Positions 19,688 to 29,569 of a stretch of DNA of 64,000 nt are shown piece by piece. The position numbers and the translations under genes were made by a program. Source of the DNA: Nitrospirota bacterium (lineage in GTDB: Bacteria; Nitrospirota; UBA9217); the NCBI GenBank assembly GCA_963740085.1, contig CAVUCU010000001.1:768001-832000 (forward strand). The letters are read 5' to 3'. Under the pieces are notes generated by a model, which saw nothing but the letters and a program-made list of their open reading frames with translations, did not search any database and was not told the origin of the DNA. Positions within the stretch are counted from its first letter, which is position 1. Each line of letters opens with the position of its first letter.

Positions 19688-21007
19688 ATGAAGAGCTTCA
19701 GATTTATCACACTTCTCGCTTTCCTCGCGCTGACCTGCATGGTTTTTTTGACTGGTCAGAATACTCACGCGAAGGAAGCGAAGAAAGCAACAAGTATCGA
19801 CGAACTGGCAAAGATGTACGACTCGACCGGATGCAAAGACTGTCATGAAGGCATCTACAAGGAGTGGGAGAAGTCGATCCATTCTCGTTCCATGTTTGGG
19901 ACCGGCAGAACAGCGGCGACCATCAAGACCACGGTAGCGGTCGGACTCACCGGCTGGCAGTACTCGGGCGTGAAGAAACCGGAGGATGTCCAGGTAAAGC
20001 ATCTTATGCTCTGCGCTAAATGTCACCTGCCGCAGCTTGCTGAGGCAACCGACGCAGTTGCCAAGGAGATCGTAAAGAACGCTTACGTCTACGCGGACCC
20101 GAAATCGACCGATGAGGCGAGAGACAAGGCAATCGAAAAGCTCTCCAAGGTGAACATAAACTGCCTTATCTGCCACCAGCGAAATGCCATAACCCACAAG
20201 TGGGCTGACGGGTTCCCGGCGAAAGACACCGTATATGGATTCAAGAACGGCGAGCACGCGGACCCGGCCCATCCGAAGATGAAGGAAAGCAAGATCATGG
20301 ATGAGTCCATCCTCTGCGGCCAGTGTCACGGACTCGGACCGAACTTAGAGCTCGAAGAGCCGTCACAATGCGCCACACTTTACGGTTCTTATCTCTTCTC
20401 ATATGTACCTGAAGGCGGGCATGAAAAGTGCCAGGATTGCCACATGAAGAAGAGCAAGCTCGGCCACAACATACAAAGTTATCGCGATACGGATATGGGC
20501 AAGGCCGCCGTGGACTTCAAGGTCGAAGCCTTTGGATATCAGTGGCGCGACGGTTCCAGGATGGTACCGCAGGCTTCTGTGAAAGTTGAGATGATCAACC
20601 GAGCCGGCCACGCCATCCCGGACGGCTGACCAACGCCCAACCGGCTGGTCCTGGAAGTGACCGCGAAAGACAGTAAAGGTAAAGAGGTGTTCAAACAGTC
20701 AAAAACCTATATGCCCATTCCCCAGCAGCTCGGCCGCGGCGACAAGATGGGCCGCGGACCTTACGAAAAGAGCGGCATACTGCGCGACACGAGTCTGCCG
20801 CCGAATCGTCTCGTCATCGAGAGCTTCGACATTCCCTTCCCCGCAGAGTTCACGAAGAAAGACGGGAAAAATGTAACGACGATTCTTGACTACGATATGA
20901 ACGTTACCGTGGAACTAATGTACGAGCCTTTCGGCACCAACGATAGCGATACCTTCACGTGGCAGAAGGTAACGAAAAAGGTGAGCATCGAAAAAGGCGG
21001 CGTGTAA
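19688..21007 (+). CDS. extKL: ExtKL-family five-heme cytochrome c selenoprotein (UGA 20627-20629 read as Sec; 439 aa)
   Basis: GGAGG RBS, signal peptide, five CxxCH motifs; RAGHAIPDG-TGA-PTPNRLVLEV continues in frame into ORF 20657..21007. Confidence 0.88.
20641..20665 (+). promoter_or_regulatory. SECIS-like hairpin for extKL
   Basis: GGTC-CT[GGA]AG-T-GACC stem-loop just downstream of the in-frame TGA, with G-leading apical loop. Confidence 0.6.
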
Positions 21008-21048
21008 GGAACCAAATTACAATCACACCGTTCAACTGATGACATTGC

Positions 21049-21086
21049 AATGCCGGAGGGAGTCAATCTCCCACCGGCATTTTTTT
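21049..21086 (+). terminator. Intrinsic terminator after extKL
   Basis: AATGCCGG-AGGGAG...CTCCC-ACCGGCATT followed by a T-run. Confidence 0.8.
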
Positions 21087-21156
21087 GTCTCATCTCATGC
21101 TGACACCAGTGCGTTCCTCAGGTCCGACGCACGAAGTTTGCCCGGGAGAAACGGCC

Positions 21157-22866
21157 TCACTGTTTGTTGTATCGCAAGTAGCGGCCCTTGTTTATTTTCT
21201 TGACGCGATACATTGCCTCGTCTGCCCTGTTCAGGAGCGTCCCCGCGTCCTCGCCGTCCATGGGATAGACGCTGATGCCGATGCTCACACCAACCGAGCA
21301 ACAGTGCCCTTTCAGGTCAAAAGGATCGGACAGGCTTGCAATGATCTTGCGAGCGACGAGCTCCGCTTCCTCCGGCATCGTGATCGTGCGGCAGATTCCG
21401 ATAAACTCATCGCCGCCAATACGCGCGATCGGGTCTGATTCCCGCATGCTGGCTACCAACCTTTGCGACACCTCCTGAAGCAGTCGGTCGCCTGTCTCGT
21501 GACCGTAGGTATCATTAATGGGTTTAAAATCATCCATGTCGATATAGAGAAGCGCAAAAATATTCCGGTCTCGTTTTGCCTCGGCAAGGACCTGATGAAT
21601 AAGGTCAAAGAACAGTATGCGATTGGGGAGCCCTGTAAGGGGGTCATGCAGTGCGAGATGCTCGATCCGCTGAGCTGCATGTTTCCGGTCGGAGATGTCA
21701 CGGAAGATCATCTGCTCCGCAGGTTGCCCCTGGTACGAAAAACGCACACCGGCGACCTCCACCTCGACCACCGCGCCGTCGAGCCGCACATACTTCTCCT
21801 CGGTCCATGATATGAGATCCATGCTGTTTTCAAGCCGCTGCAGCCGCGATTTCTCGATTTCCCCGTAGTCCGGATGTACGACATCCAATCCGGACATGCC
21901 GATCAGCTGGCCGGCATGTGTTGCCCCGAGCAGTCTCATCCCGGCTGGATTGACGAATACAAATTTTCCCTCGACGTGAACGGAAATGCCGTCGGGTGAT
22001 AGCTCGATCAGCCGCCGGTATCGTTCCTCGCTTTCCCGCACAGCCTCTTCAGCCATCCTCCGCTCGGTAATATCCCGCGTCACGAGAACGATCCGGGAGA
22101 TGCGTCCGTCCGCGTCCCGGATGGGTGAGGATGACACTTCGTCGTACCGTCTGCCTCCGCTTGCGCCGCAGTGAATATGTTCGACCGTCATATGTCCGCC
22201 GGTTTTGATTGTTTCTAGAACCGGACAGATATCTTCAGGCTTCGCCAATATGTCTTGCCGACTATGCATTATCTCGTGGCACATCTTGCCGATGATTTCA
22301 TCTCCATGCGCCCCGTGCCCGGCCACAAATGCGGCATTGGCCCTTACAATCTTGAATGTGTCCACATCGATGATTATAATTTCCTCATGCAGGCTGTCAA
22401 GCACGGTCTGAAGAAATTTACGCGACTGATCGAGGTCACGGGTCCGATCGCTGACCCGCCGTTCCAGCGACTCGCCGAGAAGAAAAAGATCCCGGGTCCG
22501 ATCGCCGACCCGCCGTTCCAGCGACTCATTGAACAACCGGAGATTTTCCTCGGCCTGCCCGACTTTCCTGATCGTATCACGCGTGAGCTTGATCATCATG
22601 AAGACGAAGATCGCGCCGCCGAGGAAAACAGGAGCCGTGATCAGCTCCGTGGGGATGGAGAATCTGCTGACGAGAATGATGAAAAGGAGAACGTATCCGG
22701 CGAGGAAAAACTTCATGAGCTTCGTCATGAAGCGCCATCGACCCAAAAGTTCATCGGGAATGTGGCGCTTCATCTTTTGCCCGGCGATAATTGCGGAAAG
22801 CATGATAAAAGCACCGCATAAGACCACCAGACCCGCAGCACTATTTACATTCGCGTACGTATCCAT
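21157..22866 (-). CDS. Membrane-anchored PAS/PAC diguanylate cyclase
   Basis: Three TM helices, coiled coil, two PAS domains, HDPLTGLPNR, RESDPIARIGGDEF. Confidence 0.92.
   Translation of the reverse strand: MDTYANVNSAAGLVVLCGAFIMLSAIIAGQKMKRHIPDELLGRWRFMTKLMKFFLAGYVLLFIILVSRFSIPTELITAPVFLGGAIFVFMMIKLTRDTIRKVGQAEENLRLFNESLERRVGDRTRDLFLLGESLERRVSDRTRDLDQSRKFLQTVLDSLHEEIIIIDVDTFKIVRANAAFVAGHGAHGDEIIGKMCHEIMHSRQDILAKPEDICPVLETIKTGGHMTVEHIHCGASGGRRYDEVSSSPIRDADGRISRIVLVTRDITERRMAEEAVRESEERYRRLIELSPDGISVHVEGKFVFVNPAGMRLLGATHAGQLIGMSGLDVVHPDYGEIEKSRLQRLENSMDLISWTEEKYVRLDGAVVEVEVAGVRFSYQGQPAEQMIFRDISDRKHAAQRIEHLALHDPLTGLPNRILFFDLIHQVLAEAKRDRNIFALLYIDMDDFKPINDTYGHETGDRLLQEVSQRLVASMRESDPIARIGGDEFIGICRTITMPEEAELVARKIIASLSDPFDLKGHCCSVGVSIGISVYPMDGEDAGTLLNRADEAMYRVKKINKGRYLRYNKQ
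22439..22527. repeat. 54-bp-period in-frame tandem duplication in the cyclase coiled coil
   Basis: CGGGTCCGATCGCYGACCCGCCGTTCCAGCGACTC at 22439 and 22493. Confidence 0.9.
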
Positions 22867-23119
22867 CGAGTCTTTCTTCGTGCCTGACCGTAAAAATCGC
22901 CACTCAGCCTAAGGGCGTCTTGTTGTCGTATAAACTTTCAGATGGTCCATCTTGAAGTAAATCCAATTCATACAAAAAGAGATTGCAGATCATGTACTTA
23001 TTCATTATACTGTGAAACAGAAGGCGATTACGGGTTCTGCGCAAGACCGCGGTTTCAACGGGCCGTTGGTCCAATGCACGTTGCCGTATATTTATTGAAA
23101 AGAAAAAGATCGGCAGAAC

Positions 23120-23512
23120 ATGAAAAAAATCCTCCTGATCGATGACGATGCGGCCTTCCTCAAGTTGCTCGAGGAATACGTGGAGAGGCGTTATCCCGGG
23201 CTTACTGTACTTACCTGCAATGATCCGATCAAGTGCCTCACCTCAATCACCGACGACCTTGATCTCGTGCTGGTCGATCTGGAAATGCCGGGCCTGGACG
23301 GCTCCAAGATCCTCTCCTATGCAGTCTCCAAAGGTTTGAGCAAGAACAGGATCATCATTCTTTCGGGACACGATGCCGACTACCTGCACGACCGGTTTCC
23401 GATGGGCAGCTGCCTGGCGGTTCTCAACAAATTCGAGGCCCAGCAGGAAAGTGCCCTGGATATGATCTTCAACTCTCTGCAGCAGAAAGACCAGACAGAA
23501 AAAAAAGTCTGA
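23120..23512 (+). CDS. Single-domain response regulator (REC)
   Basis: ILLIDDD, DLVLVDLEMPGLDG and IIILSG motifs. Confidence 0.88.
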   Translation: MKKILLIDDDAAFLKLLEEYVERRYPGLTVLTCNDPIKCLTSITDDLDLVLVDLEMPGLDGSKILSYAVSKGLSKNRIIILSGHDADYLHDRFPMGSCLAVLNKFEAQQESALDMIFNSLQQKDQTEKKV

Positions 23513-23538
23513 TTTTTTCTGAAAAATGCCTGGGACGG

Positions 23539-24474
23539 TTACCGCAATATCCCCTTCACGATCACGTCCACCGCCTCTTCAGGCGAAAGACCGTGCGCCA
23601 TGAGCGTTTCCATCTGTCGCTTGTCCACGCTGCCGATCGCTGCCTCGTGCGTCACCTTTGCCAGGGGATGGGTCACCTGAACGAGCGGATAGGCTTTTGC
23701 CACCGCCCTGTCCTTCACGATCTCCATGCAGTCCACGTGCCCCCGAGCCCCTGCGGCATTGCCTTCGGTAATTCCTCTGACCTCGGCGGTGGCCTCGTCT
23801 TCGATCGCGACCCTGGCCTTGATAAGCCCTCGCGCATTTTCTCCGTTCAGCACCACCTTTTCCTGAATTGCTATTTTATCATTTGCATGGCCGAAGACAC
23901 GCGTTGTGAGTTCAACCACCGCATTTTCTCCCGCCTCGACAGAATAGTCGATCCCGAGCTTCCCGACCCTGCCCGTGGTGAGCGTAAAGTCAGTGAAATA
24001 CCTGCCGTTCTTCTGGACCTTCACCGCAAGCTTCGGCATGACCTCGATTCCGCCGTGCAGACCGTGATAATGGGTCTCGGCATACCGCATCTCGGCGCCC
24101 TCTCCGATCTCCACCACGGCATCCATGAGGTGACGCACCTTCTCGGCATTCGGAAATATGCAGTGGGCAATGAAGGCTGCCGAAGAATCCTTTTCGAGCG
24201 TTATATCCATCTTGATCTCCTGCGTTCCCTTTTTGTGAAGCACGCCGAAGCAGAGGTGGACAGGCTTCCGAAGCTTAATGCTTTCATGCACACGAACTCG
24301 TGCGAAAATACCCCTGCGGGTCTCCCTGGCATCGACGTCGAGCCCTTCAACCTTCCGGGAGCTGAGGATGGTATGGCCGCTTGCGGCGAGGTGCGCCGTC
24401 CCGGCGTCCGCAAGCGCGCCCGTGTCCCCGCCTGCTTCGCCGAATGCCTTCATAAGGTCATCAAGTTCAGACAT
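23539..24474 (-). CDS. SufB/SufD-family Fe-S assembly protein (SmsB-like)
   Basis: PVHLCFG, AHCIFP, GHVDCMEI and KVTHEAAIGSVD motifs; short form of 311 aa. Confidence 0.88.
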   Translation of the reverse strand: MSELDDLMKAFGEAGGDTGALADAGTAHLAASGHTILSSRKVEGLDVDARETRRGIFARVRVHESIKLRKPVHLCFGVLHKKGTQEIKMDITLEKDSSAAFIAHCIFPNAEKVRHLMDAVVEIGEGAEMRYAETHYHGLHGGIEVMPKLAVKVQKNGRYFTDFTLTTGRVGKLGIDYSVEAGENAVVELTTRVFGHANDKIAIQEKVVLNGENARGLIKARVAIEDEATAEVRGITEGNAAGARGHVDCMEIVKDRAVAKAYPLVQVTHPLAKVTHEAAIGSVDKRQMETLMAHGLSPEEAVDVIVKGILR

Positions 24475-25195
24475 GGTTGCACTCCACTTTTGCGCAAGTC
24501 ATGCACTTCTGCGTTTTATAATGTTCCGCAACCTTTTCCGGGCCACCGGAACAGATGATCTTCCCGTGGCATAGCTGTGACGCCTGATCAGCTATACCGG
24601 CGATCTCTTCACGGTGGGTGATGAGCAGTACCGCTGTGCCGTTCTTTTTGAATGCATTGATAACATGAATGACGTCCTGGATCGAGAGCATATCGATGCC
24701 GGAATCGGGCTCATCAAGGATCGCAAGCTTCGGGTTCAACGCAAGGACCGAGGCAAGTTCGATCCTCTTGCGTTCACCGCCGCTCAAGCACTTGTCGACC
24801 ATCCTGTGCACATAGAGGTCCGGTGAAAGACCGACGAGCTGAAGGAGCGGTCCGGGATCGGTCTTCCTGTTTTTCATGGTGAGGTAATCTCCAACCGTGA
24901 TCCCTTCGAACCTGACCGGCTCCTGCCACGCCATGGTGATCCCGAGTCTGGCGCGTTCGTGGATCGGGAGGGTGTTCACAATGGCGCCGGCCAGACGGAT
25001 CTCACCTGATGATGGCTGATATCCCTCGCATCCCATGATAAGATAGGCAAGTGTGCTCTTACCCGTACCATTCGTGCCGAGGAGCGCATGGACCTTGCCG
25101 GATTCTATGGCGAGGGACAGCCCGGAGAGGATGGGCCTTCCCCCCTTCTCCGGTACAACACCATATTCGACGTTGTTGACCTCGAGAAGCGGCAT
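24467..25195 (-). CDS. SufC-like Fe-S assembly ATPase (SmsC-like)
   Basis: GTNGTGKST, LSGGERKRIE and LDEPDSGID motifs; C-terminal CMTC..C; overlaps the sufB-like gene. Confidence 0.88.
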   Translation of the reverse strand: MPLLEVNNVEYGVVPEKGGRPILSGLSLAIESGKVHALLGTNGTGKSTLAYLIMGCEGYQPSSGEIRLAGAIVNTLPIHERARLGITMAWQEPVRFEGITVGDYLTMKNRKTDPGPLLQLVGLSPDLYVHRMVDKCLSGGERKRIELASVLALNPKLAILDEPDSGIDMLSIQDVIHVINAFKKNGTAVLLITHREEIAGIADQASQLCHGKIICSGGPEKVAEHYKTQKCMTCAKVECNHV

Positions 25196-25343
25196 GAGAA
25201 TTCCTTCACTTTTTAACAAAACCTTTTTAACGACAGATAGTTCTGTTCTGAATGGACTTCTGTTTCTATTGTAGCAAAAATGTTGGTTACATAGCGGAGG
25301 AAGAATAGATCGGAAGGACAAACAAACGTGAACGGCAATGCAC

Positions 25344-25381
25344 AAAAAAAACCGCTGTCCTGACGACCAGGACAGCGGTTT
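25344..25381 (-). terminator. Intrinsic terminator after the HesB-like gene
   Basis: AACCGCTGTCCTG-ACGAC-CAGGACAGCGGTT with an A8 run on the plus strand. Confidence 0.8.
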
Positions 25382-25409
25382 ACATTATTTTATAGTTATA
25401 GGGCTCTGT

Positions 25410-25712
25410 TTAACAACTGCAGGATGAACCGCATGAACTCGGCTGCATTCCCGTAAGCACAAACCCCTGACCTTCCTGAAAATCGATATTCGTGCTCTTC
25501 AGCATCTCGTGCGCACGCTCCTCCAGGAAAACCTTAAGGCCCTGCATCTCAAGGGTCTTATCGCCAACCTGGGCGGCTTTGGCTATGTCCATAGCCAATG
25601 AGGGGCTTCAGCCGCCCGGTACGACGAATAACCTTACACCGTCGCCAGCAGATCCCTGCTTTTGAACGACTTCCTTAAACTTGTTCACTGCACCGTCTGT
25701 TAAATTTACCAT
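25410..25712 (-). CDS. HesB/IscA-like selenoprotein (UGA 25608-25610 read as Sec35; 100 aa)
   Basis: GGAGG RBS; MVNLTDGAVNKFKE...GVRLFVVPGG-TGA-SPSLAMD...IDF...SSCGSSCSC; UGA occupies the conserved GG-C position. Confidence 0.88.
25581..25596 (-). promoter_or_regulatory. SECIS hairpin for the HesB-like gene
   Basis: TGA-N11-GGCTAT[GGAC]ATAGCC, a perfect stem with G-leading loop. Confidence 0.75.
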
Positions 25713-25768
25713 TCTTCCTCCTTCATTGCCTGAGAGCCAAAGTCAGACAGTAATTTATGATGTTTTTT

Positions 25769-25797
25769 ATATTACCTCTATATTCAAATATTCGCAA
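25769..25797 (-). promoter_or_regulatory. Putative sigma70 promoter of the HesB-like gene
   Basis: TTGCGA-N17-TAATAT on the minus strand. Confidence 0.45.
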
Positions 25798-26184
25798 CTC
25801 TTTTTTAACTATTAAATTCTTTTTTTTCTGACCAGTACCTTATCGAGTATGGCTTTGACAAATAAAGCATATTTATTCCAGGTTCTCCCTCGTACGGTAA
25901 AATAATGACGAAAAATCTATACAACTCTTATATTAATCGGTTGTTGTTCATACATGCCTTCCAGCCACGACCAGACATGTAATCCCCTCGTAAATATTCC
26001 GCTCAGATGTTCCTTTTGGGACGGATTTCTTGCCGTTATCCTGAACATCTATTTAGCTCGTTATATTGAGAAGTGTTGCCAATGTGTCACAGAGCGTCGT
26101 TACCGGTGCCATTGAAGTTAGTTTATCCTTTCGTTATATATAATACAGTGATCTTAATTCATCTTAAACAGGGGGGAGCATGTC

Positions 26185-26505
26185 ATGAGAAAGATAAGAG
26201 TAGCAGCAATATGCATATTGTGTGGTTTGGCCGGTCTCTTTTATGTCCCGTCGATCCACGCGGGACCGCTCATCGAATTCGGTAAAGACTGCGGTCTCGT
26301 CGCTGAGATGAAGAAATACGGGTACCGATTTGATAAAATCTTCGATACAGTCTTTCTTGATCGTTCTCTTGTTAACTATATTAGTTTCCGGTCTTTTCAT
26401 TTATCTCCTTTGTCGACGCCACTAGGATCGAGGACTGCCAAAACCGTGGTCACAGCAGTCCCCATGCCATCTTCGCGGCAATCGCATAGAGCACGACGCC
26501 GATGA
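26185..26505 (+). pseudogene. Possible remnant of an exported or porin gene
   Basis: GGGGAG RBS and a good signal peptide followed by GPLIEFG; sequence then loses coding character and overlaps the convergent gene. Confidence 0.3.
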
Positions 26506-27202
26506 TCTTCTTCACCTGTCCGGCGTCGAGCTTCTTGTGCATGAGCCAGGAGCCGAGAATCGCCCCTGCTATCGAGCCTATTGCCGCGAATGTAAGAAGG
26601 TTCCAGTTGATGGACCCCAGTGCCGCGTGGCCGAAGAAGCCCGAAAGCGACGAGAAGACAACGATGAAGGCAGTCGTTGCCGATGCTTTTTTGGGGTCGA
26701 TGCCGAGCCACACGAGAGCCGGAACAATGAAGTTTCCACCGCCGACTCCCAAGAGACCACCGAGATACCCAGCCCCGATGCCGAGGCCGATGCCGGTCTT
26801 GAGCTCCTTCCCGCCGTCTCCATGCCCCTCCGTTTTCTTCTTCGGTTTATAAAAAAGCATCATCGATGCCGCGAAGACGAGAAAGATCACGAAGAGCAGA
26901 ATCAGAATGTTCTTCGGGAAGTATCGCGTTGAATATGCACCCAGAGGAGAAAAGACGATGGCAAGCACGATAATGGGCAAGGCCGTGCGGAAAAGGACGA
27001 GTTTGTAACGGATATAGTTGGCAGAGGCAAAGGTCATACTGATGGCGTTCAACAGCAAACCGATGGCCATGGCCTCGGTAAGCGGCACGCCGAGCCAGTA
27101 GAATGTGGGAATAACGATGAACGCCGATCCCACTCCCGCGATGGTGAGGACCGTGGTGAAGACAAAGACAAGGACGGCTGCGGCTAAATTGATGGTGAGC
27201 AT
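26450..27202 (-). CDS. TauE/SafE sulfite exporter family permease
   Basis: AGVGSAFIVIP, GLLGVGGGNFIVP and ASATTAF motifs; about 8 TM helices. Confidence 0.9.
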   Translation of the reverse strand: MLTINLAAAVLVFVFTTVLTIAGVGSAFIVIPTFYWLGVPLTEAMAIGLLLNAISMTFASANYIRYKLVLFRTALPIIVLAIVFSPLGAYSTRYFPKNILILLFVIFLVFAASMMLFYKPKKKTEGHGDGGKELKTGIGLGIGAGYLGGLLGVGGGNFIVPALVWLGIDPKKASATTAFIVVFSSLSGFFGHAALGSINWNLLTFAAIGSIAGAILGSWLMHKKLDAGQVKKIIGVVLYAIAAKMAWGLL

Positions 27203-27367
27203 GTTGGGCCCCTTTTATACCATGCCGTACTCGCGTATACGTGTTCACTGCAAAAAGGGCAAAGGGCGCCGAGAAAAAATCTCCTCCCGCGCAGGGGAAA
27301 TTATCCCTTCCCCCGGCGATCTCTGCGGCAGATTCGGTTTGGTTCATAACGGGTACGACCGGTTTCG

Positions 27368-27976
27368 CTATTTCCCGGTTGCCGAACAAGGGATGCAGAG
27401 CATCCGTCCGTCAGGAGCCTTTGTCAATTTATCCGTGAATACCGCCTCCCCGCATTTTGCGCAGCGCTTGACCTCGAAGTTCGCCGATCCTTTCTTCAGG
27501 TCCTTGTGGAATACATCGCTGATATTCAGGAAATCAGCCTCGGGAAGCCCCAATACCCGATCGACAAGGGGGTCTGTAATCGCGGCGGGAATATCCTGAG
27601 GCGGCACACCCTTTTTCCTCTCCTGCACAAAGGGCGAATTGAGCGCCTTTTCGAAAAATTCGGGCTTCAGAGAGACACGGACCGCTCTCCCGGTTTTCGC
27701 GTCGACGAGCGTGAAGGCCATCTTACTGTAATAGAGCTTCTGGATGTTCGCTTTCCCGTAGGTGCAGCCCGTTGCGGTCATAAGCCCGTCAAGGAAACAG
27801 CCCGCGGCATGCCCTTTGCCGGTTTCCGATTCCATGAAGAGTTCCTTGTCCTGAGATCGTTCGACGCCGAGCGCCTTCATAGCGGCAAGGCCCGCTCTCA
27901 GGCCCATCGGCATGGCCGGGCACTTGTGTCCGTGAAACTTCATCGCAGTGTCAAAATATTCGTTAAATTCTTTCAT
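27368..27976 (-). CDS. FmdE-family protein with C-terminal Zn finger
   Basis: [22 protein letters not shown] and CAKCGE...CIPC motifs. Confidence 0.9.
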   Translation of the reverse strand: MKEFNEYFDTAMKFHGHKCPAMPMGLRAGLAAMKALGVERSQDKELFMESETGKGHAAGCFLDGLMTATGCTYGKANIQKLYYSKMAFTLVDAKTGRAVRVSLKPEFFEKALNSPFVQERKKGVPPQDIPAAITDPLVDRVLGLPEADFLNISDVFHKDLKKGSANFEVKRCAKCGEAVFTDKLTKAPDGRMLCIPCSATGK

Positions 27977-28040
27977 GGCAAGCCTCCGTTGTGATGAGTT
28001 GGATTTACCTCAACTATTGAACTCCATAACCGCAGGCGAG

Positions 28041-28112
28041 TTACCAGCCGTTCCACCAGCAGTGGCAAATGACGGAGAAACGTTTTTTGGTCCTTACTTT
28101 TCTGTGTGGCAT
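28041..28112 (-). CDS. Putative 23-aa mini-ORF MPHRKVRTKKRFSVICHCWWNGW
   Basis: AAGGAG RBS 6 nt before ATG; TAA stop; fills the gap between two co-oriented genes. Confidence 0.45.
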   Translation of the reverse strand: MPHRKVRTKKRFSVICHCWWNGW

Positions 28113-28164
28113 GTTCCGCTCCTTCGAGAGACGCAAATTCGCGCTCCAGGCCCCACGGGAAGTA

Positions 28165-28737
28165 TTAGAGCGCCTTCTTTATTGAGAAGGCCCCCCGCAG
28201 CTGGTTAATCGAATAGCCGATGGCCTTGTCGTGCGGATACTCGTTCGTAAGTTGAGCCTTAACCTGCGGTGCGATCGTTTCCGGCGTGCCATGACATTTC
28301 AGGCAAACATCCTGGATCGGGATCGCCTTCATATACCGCATAAACTTGCCTTGAGGTTCAGTAACGATTTCAGCATATTCTATCGTTGCGGGATTTTCCT
28401 TTTCCATGCGAACCGCAAAATCGGCCAGAACCTTCTGTTCCCAGGCGTCCGGCGAGCCAAGCAGGGGATTTCGTGTCTTCAAGGAAACCCGCGTGACGCG
28501 CTGCCCGGTTTTGCGCGAAAGCTCCGAGGTAATTGCCGGGGCAAGGTCCTTGCACACTTTGATTGCCGCAGCCGGCCCATTTGCTCCCATTTCTTTCTGC
28601 AGGGCGCCACCAAGTCTGGCAGCCATTTCCTTGACGACAGTGCGGCTGTCTTCCTGAAATTTTGCAAGATCATCCGCCATAGCCGAACTCGCGCACAAGC
28701 CAATTACAAGGGTAACCGTGATCCATGTTTTTTTCAT
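28165..28737 (-). CDS. DUF3365/Tll0287-like periplasmic c-type heme protein
   Basis: Signal peptide; AIKVC, RVSLKTRNP..PDAWE, RYMKAI, CLKCHG, YPHDKAIGY and LRGAFS motifs. Confidence 0.88.
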   Translation of the reverse strand: MKKTWITVTLVIGLCASSAMADDLAKFQEDSRTVVKEMAARLGGALQKEMGANGPAAAIKVCKDLAPAITSELSRKTGQRVTRVSLKTRNPLLGSPDAWEQKVLADFAVRMEKENPATIEYAEIVTEPQGKFMRYMKAIPIQDVCLKCHGTPETIAPQVKAQLTNEYPHDKAIGYSINQLRGAFSIKKAL

Positions 28738-28800
28738 TTGCTTCGTCTCCTTTGTGTTTTTTTTATCGAACTCCTGAATCATGTCCAAGCGTTTTTTTCG

Positions 28801-29490
28801 CTACCAGTTTGTCACTCCCAGATAAAGCCCCGCTGCCGCAAGTATTGCGCCGCTAAGCCGTTTCGAGTACAGAGAAAAGTTCTTGATCCCTTTCGAGCTG
28901 ACAATGCTCTCCGTCAGTCCGATGGAAAGCCCTGCAATAAAAATCAATGCGCAATGCCCCACAGCGTAGGCGAAGAGGAGCGAACCGCCGTACAGCATAT
29001 CTCCCTGCGTGGAAACATAGGCGAGGATGACAGCCAGAACAGGCGTGGCGCAAGGAGATGACACTGTGCCGGTCAGGAGCCCGAGGAAGAACGCGCCCCA
29101 CAATCCTTTGCTCTTGACCATCCGCGTCTTCTGAAAAGGAAGGGGAATCGAAATGATCCCCATAAGCTGGAGTCCCATTGCAACGGCGACGACTGCAAGC
29201 CCGATATAGAGCCACCTGCCCATGAAACCGAAGAATGCACCCATAACCGATGCAGCCGCGCCAAGAAGCGTAAACGTGATGGAGAGTCCGAGAATGAAGA
29301 CCAACGAATAAAGAGCGGCCTTCCTTTTGTTTCCTTCCGAATACCCGCCCACGTATCCAATGATCAGCGGAATTGCCGCAAGCACGCAGGGGCTTGCCGC
29401 GGATATGATCCCGGCAACGAATACGGCGACGAACGCCAGTCCCCGCTGATTTTGGATGATATGCTGGACATTGTTGAAAACGGATTCCAT
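28801..29490 (-). CDS. ccdA: CcdA/DsbD-type thiol-disulfide membrane transporter
   Basis: SPCVLAAIP and SSPCATPVL cysteines; about 6 TM helices. Confidence 0.88.
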   Translation of the reverse strand: MESVFNNVQHIIQNQRGLAFVAVFVAGIISAASPCVLAAIPLIIGYVGGYSEGNKRKAALYSLVFILGLSITFTLLGAAASVMGAFFGFMGRWLYIGLAVVAVAMGLQLMGIISIPLPFQKTRMVKSKGLWGAFFLGLLTGTVSSPCATPVLAVILAYVSTQGDMLYGGSLLFAYAVGHCALIFIAGLSIGLTESIVSSKGIKNFSLYSKRLSGAILAAAGLYLGVTNW

Positions 29491-29569
29491 AGCCGCTATC
29501 TGGCCTCGGTGAGTTTCTCGGCAAAATTGGGGGGCAGACCTCTTGCGATAATGGCCGTTGATGCTTTCA

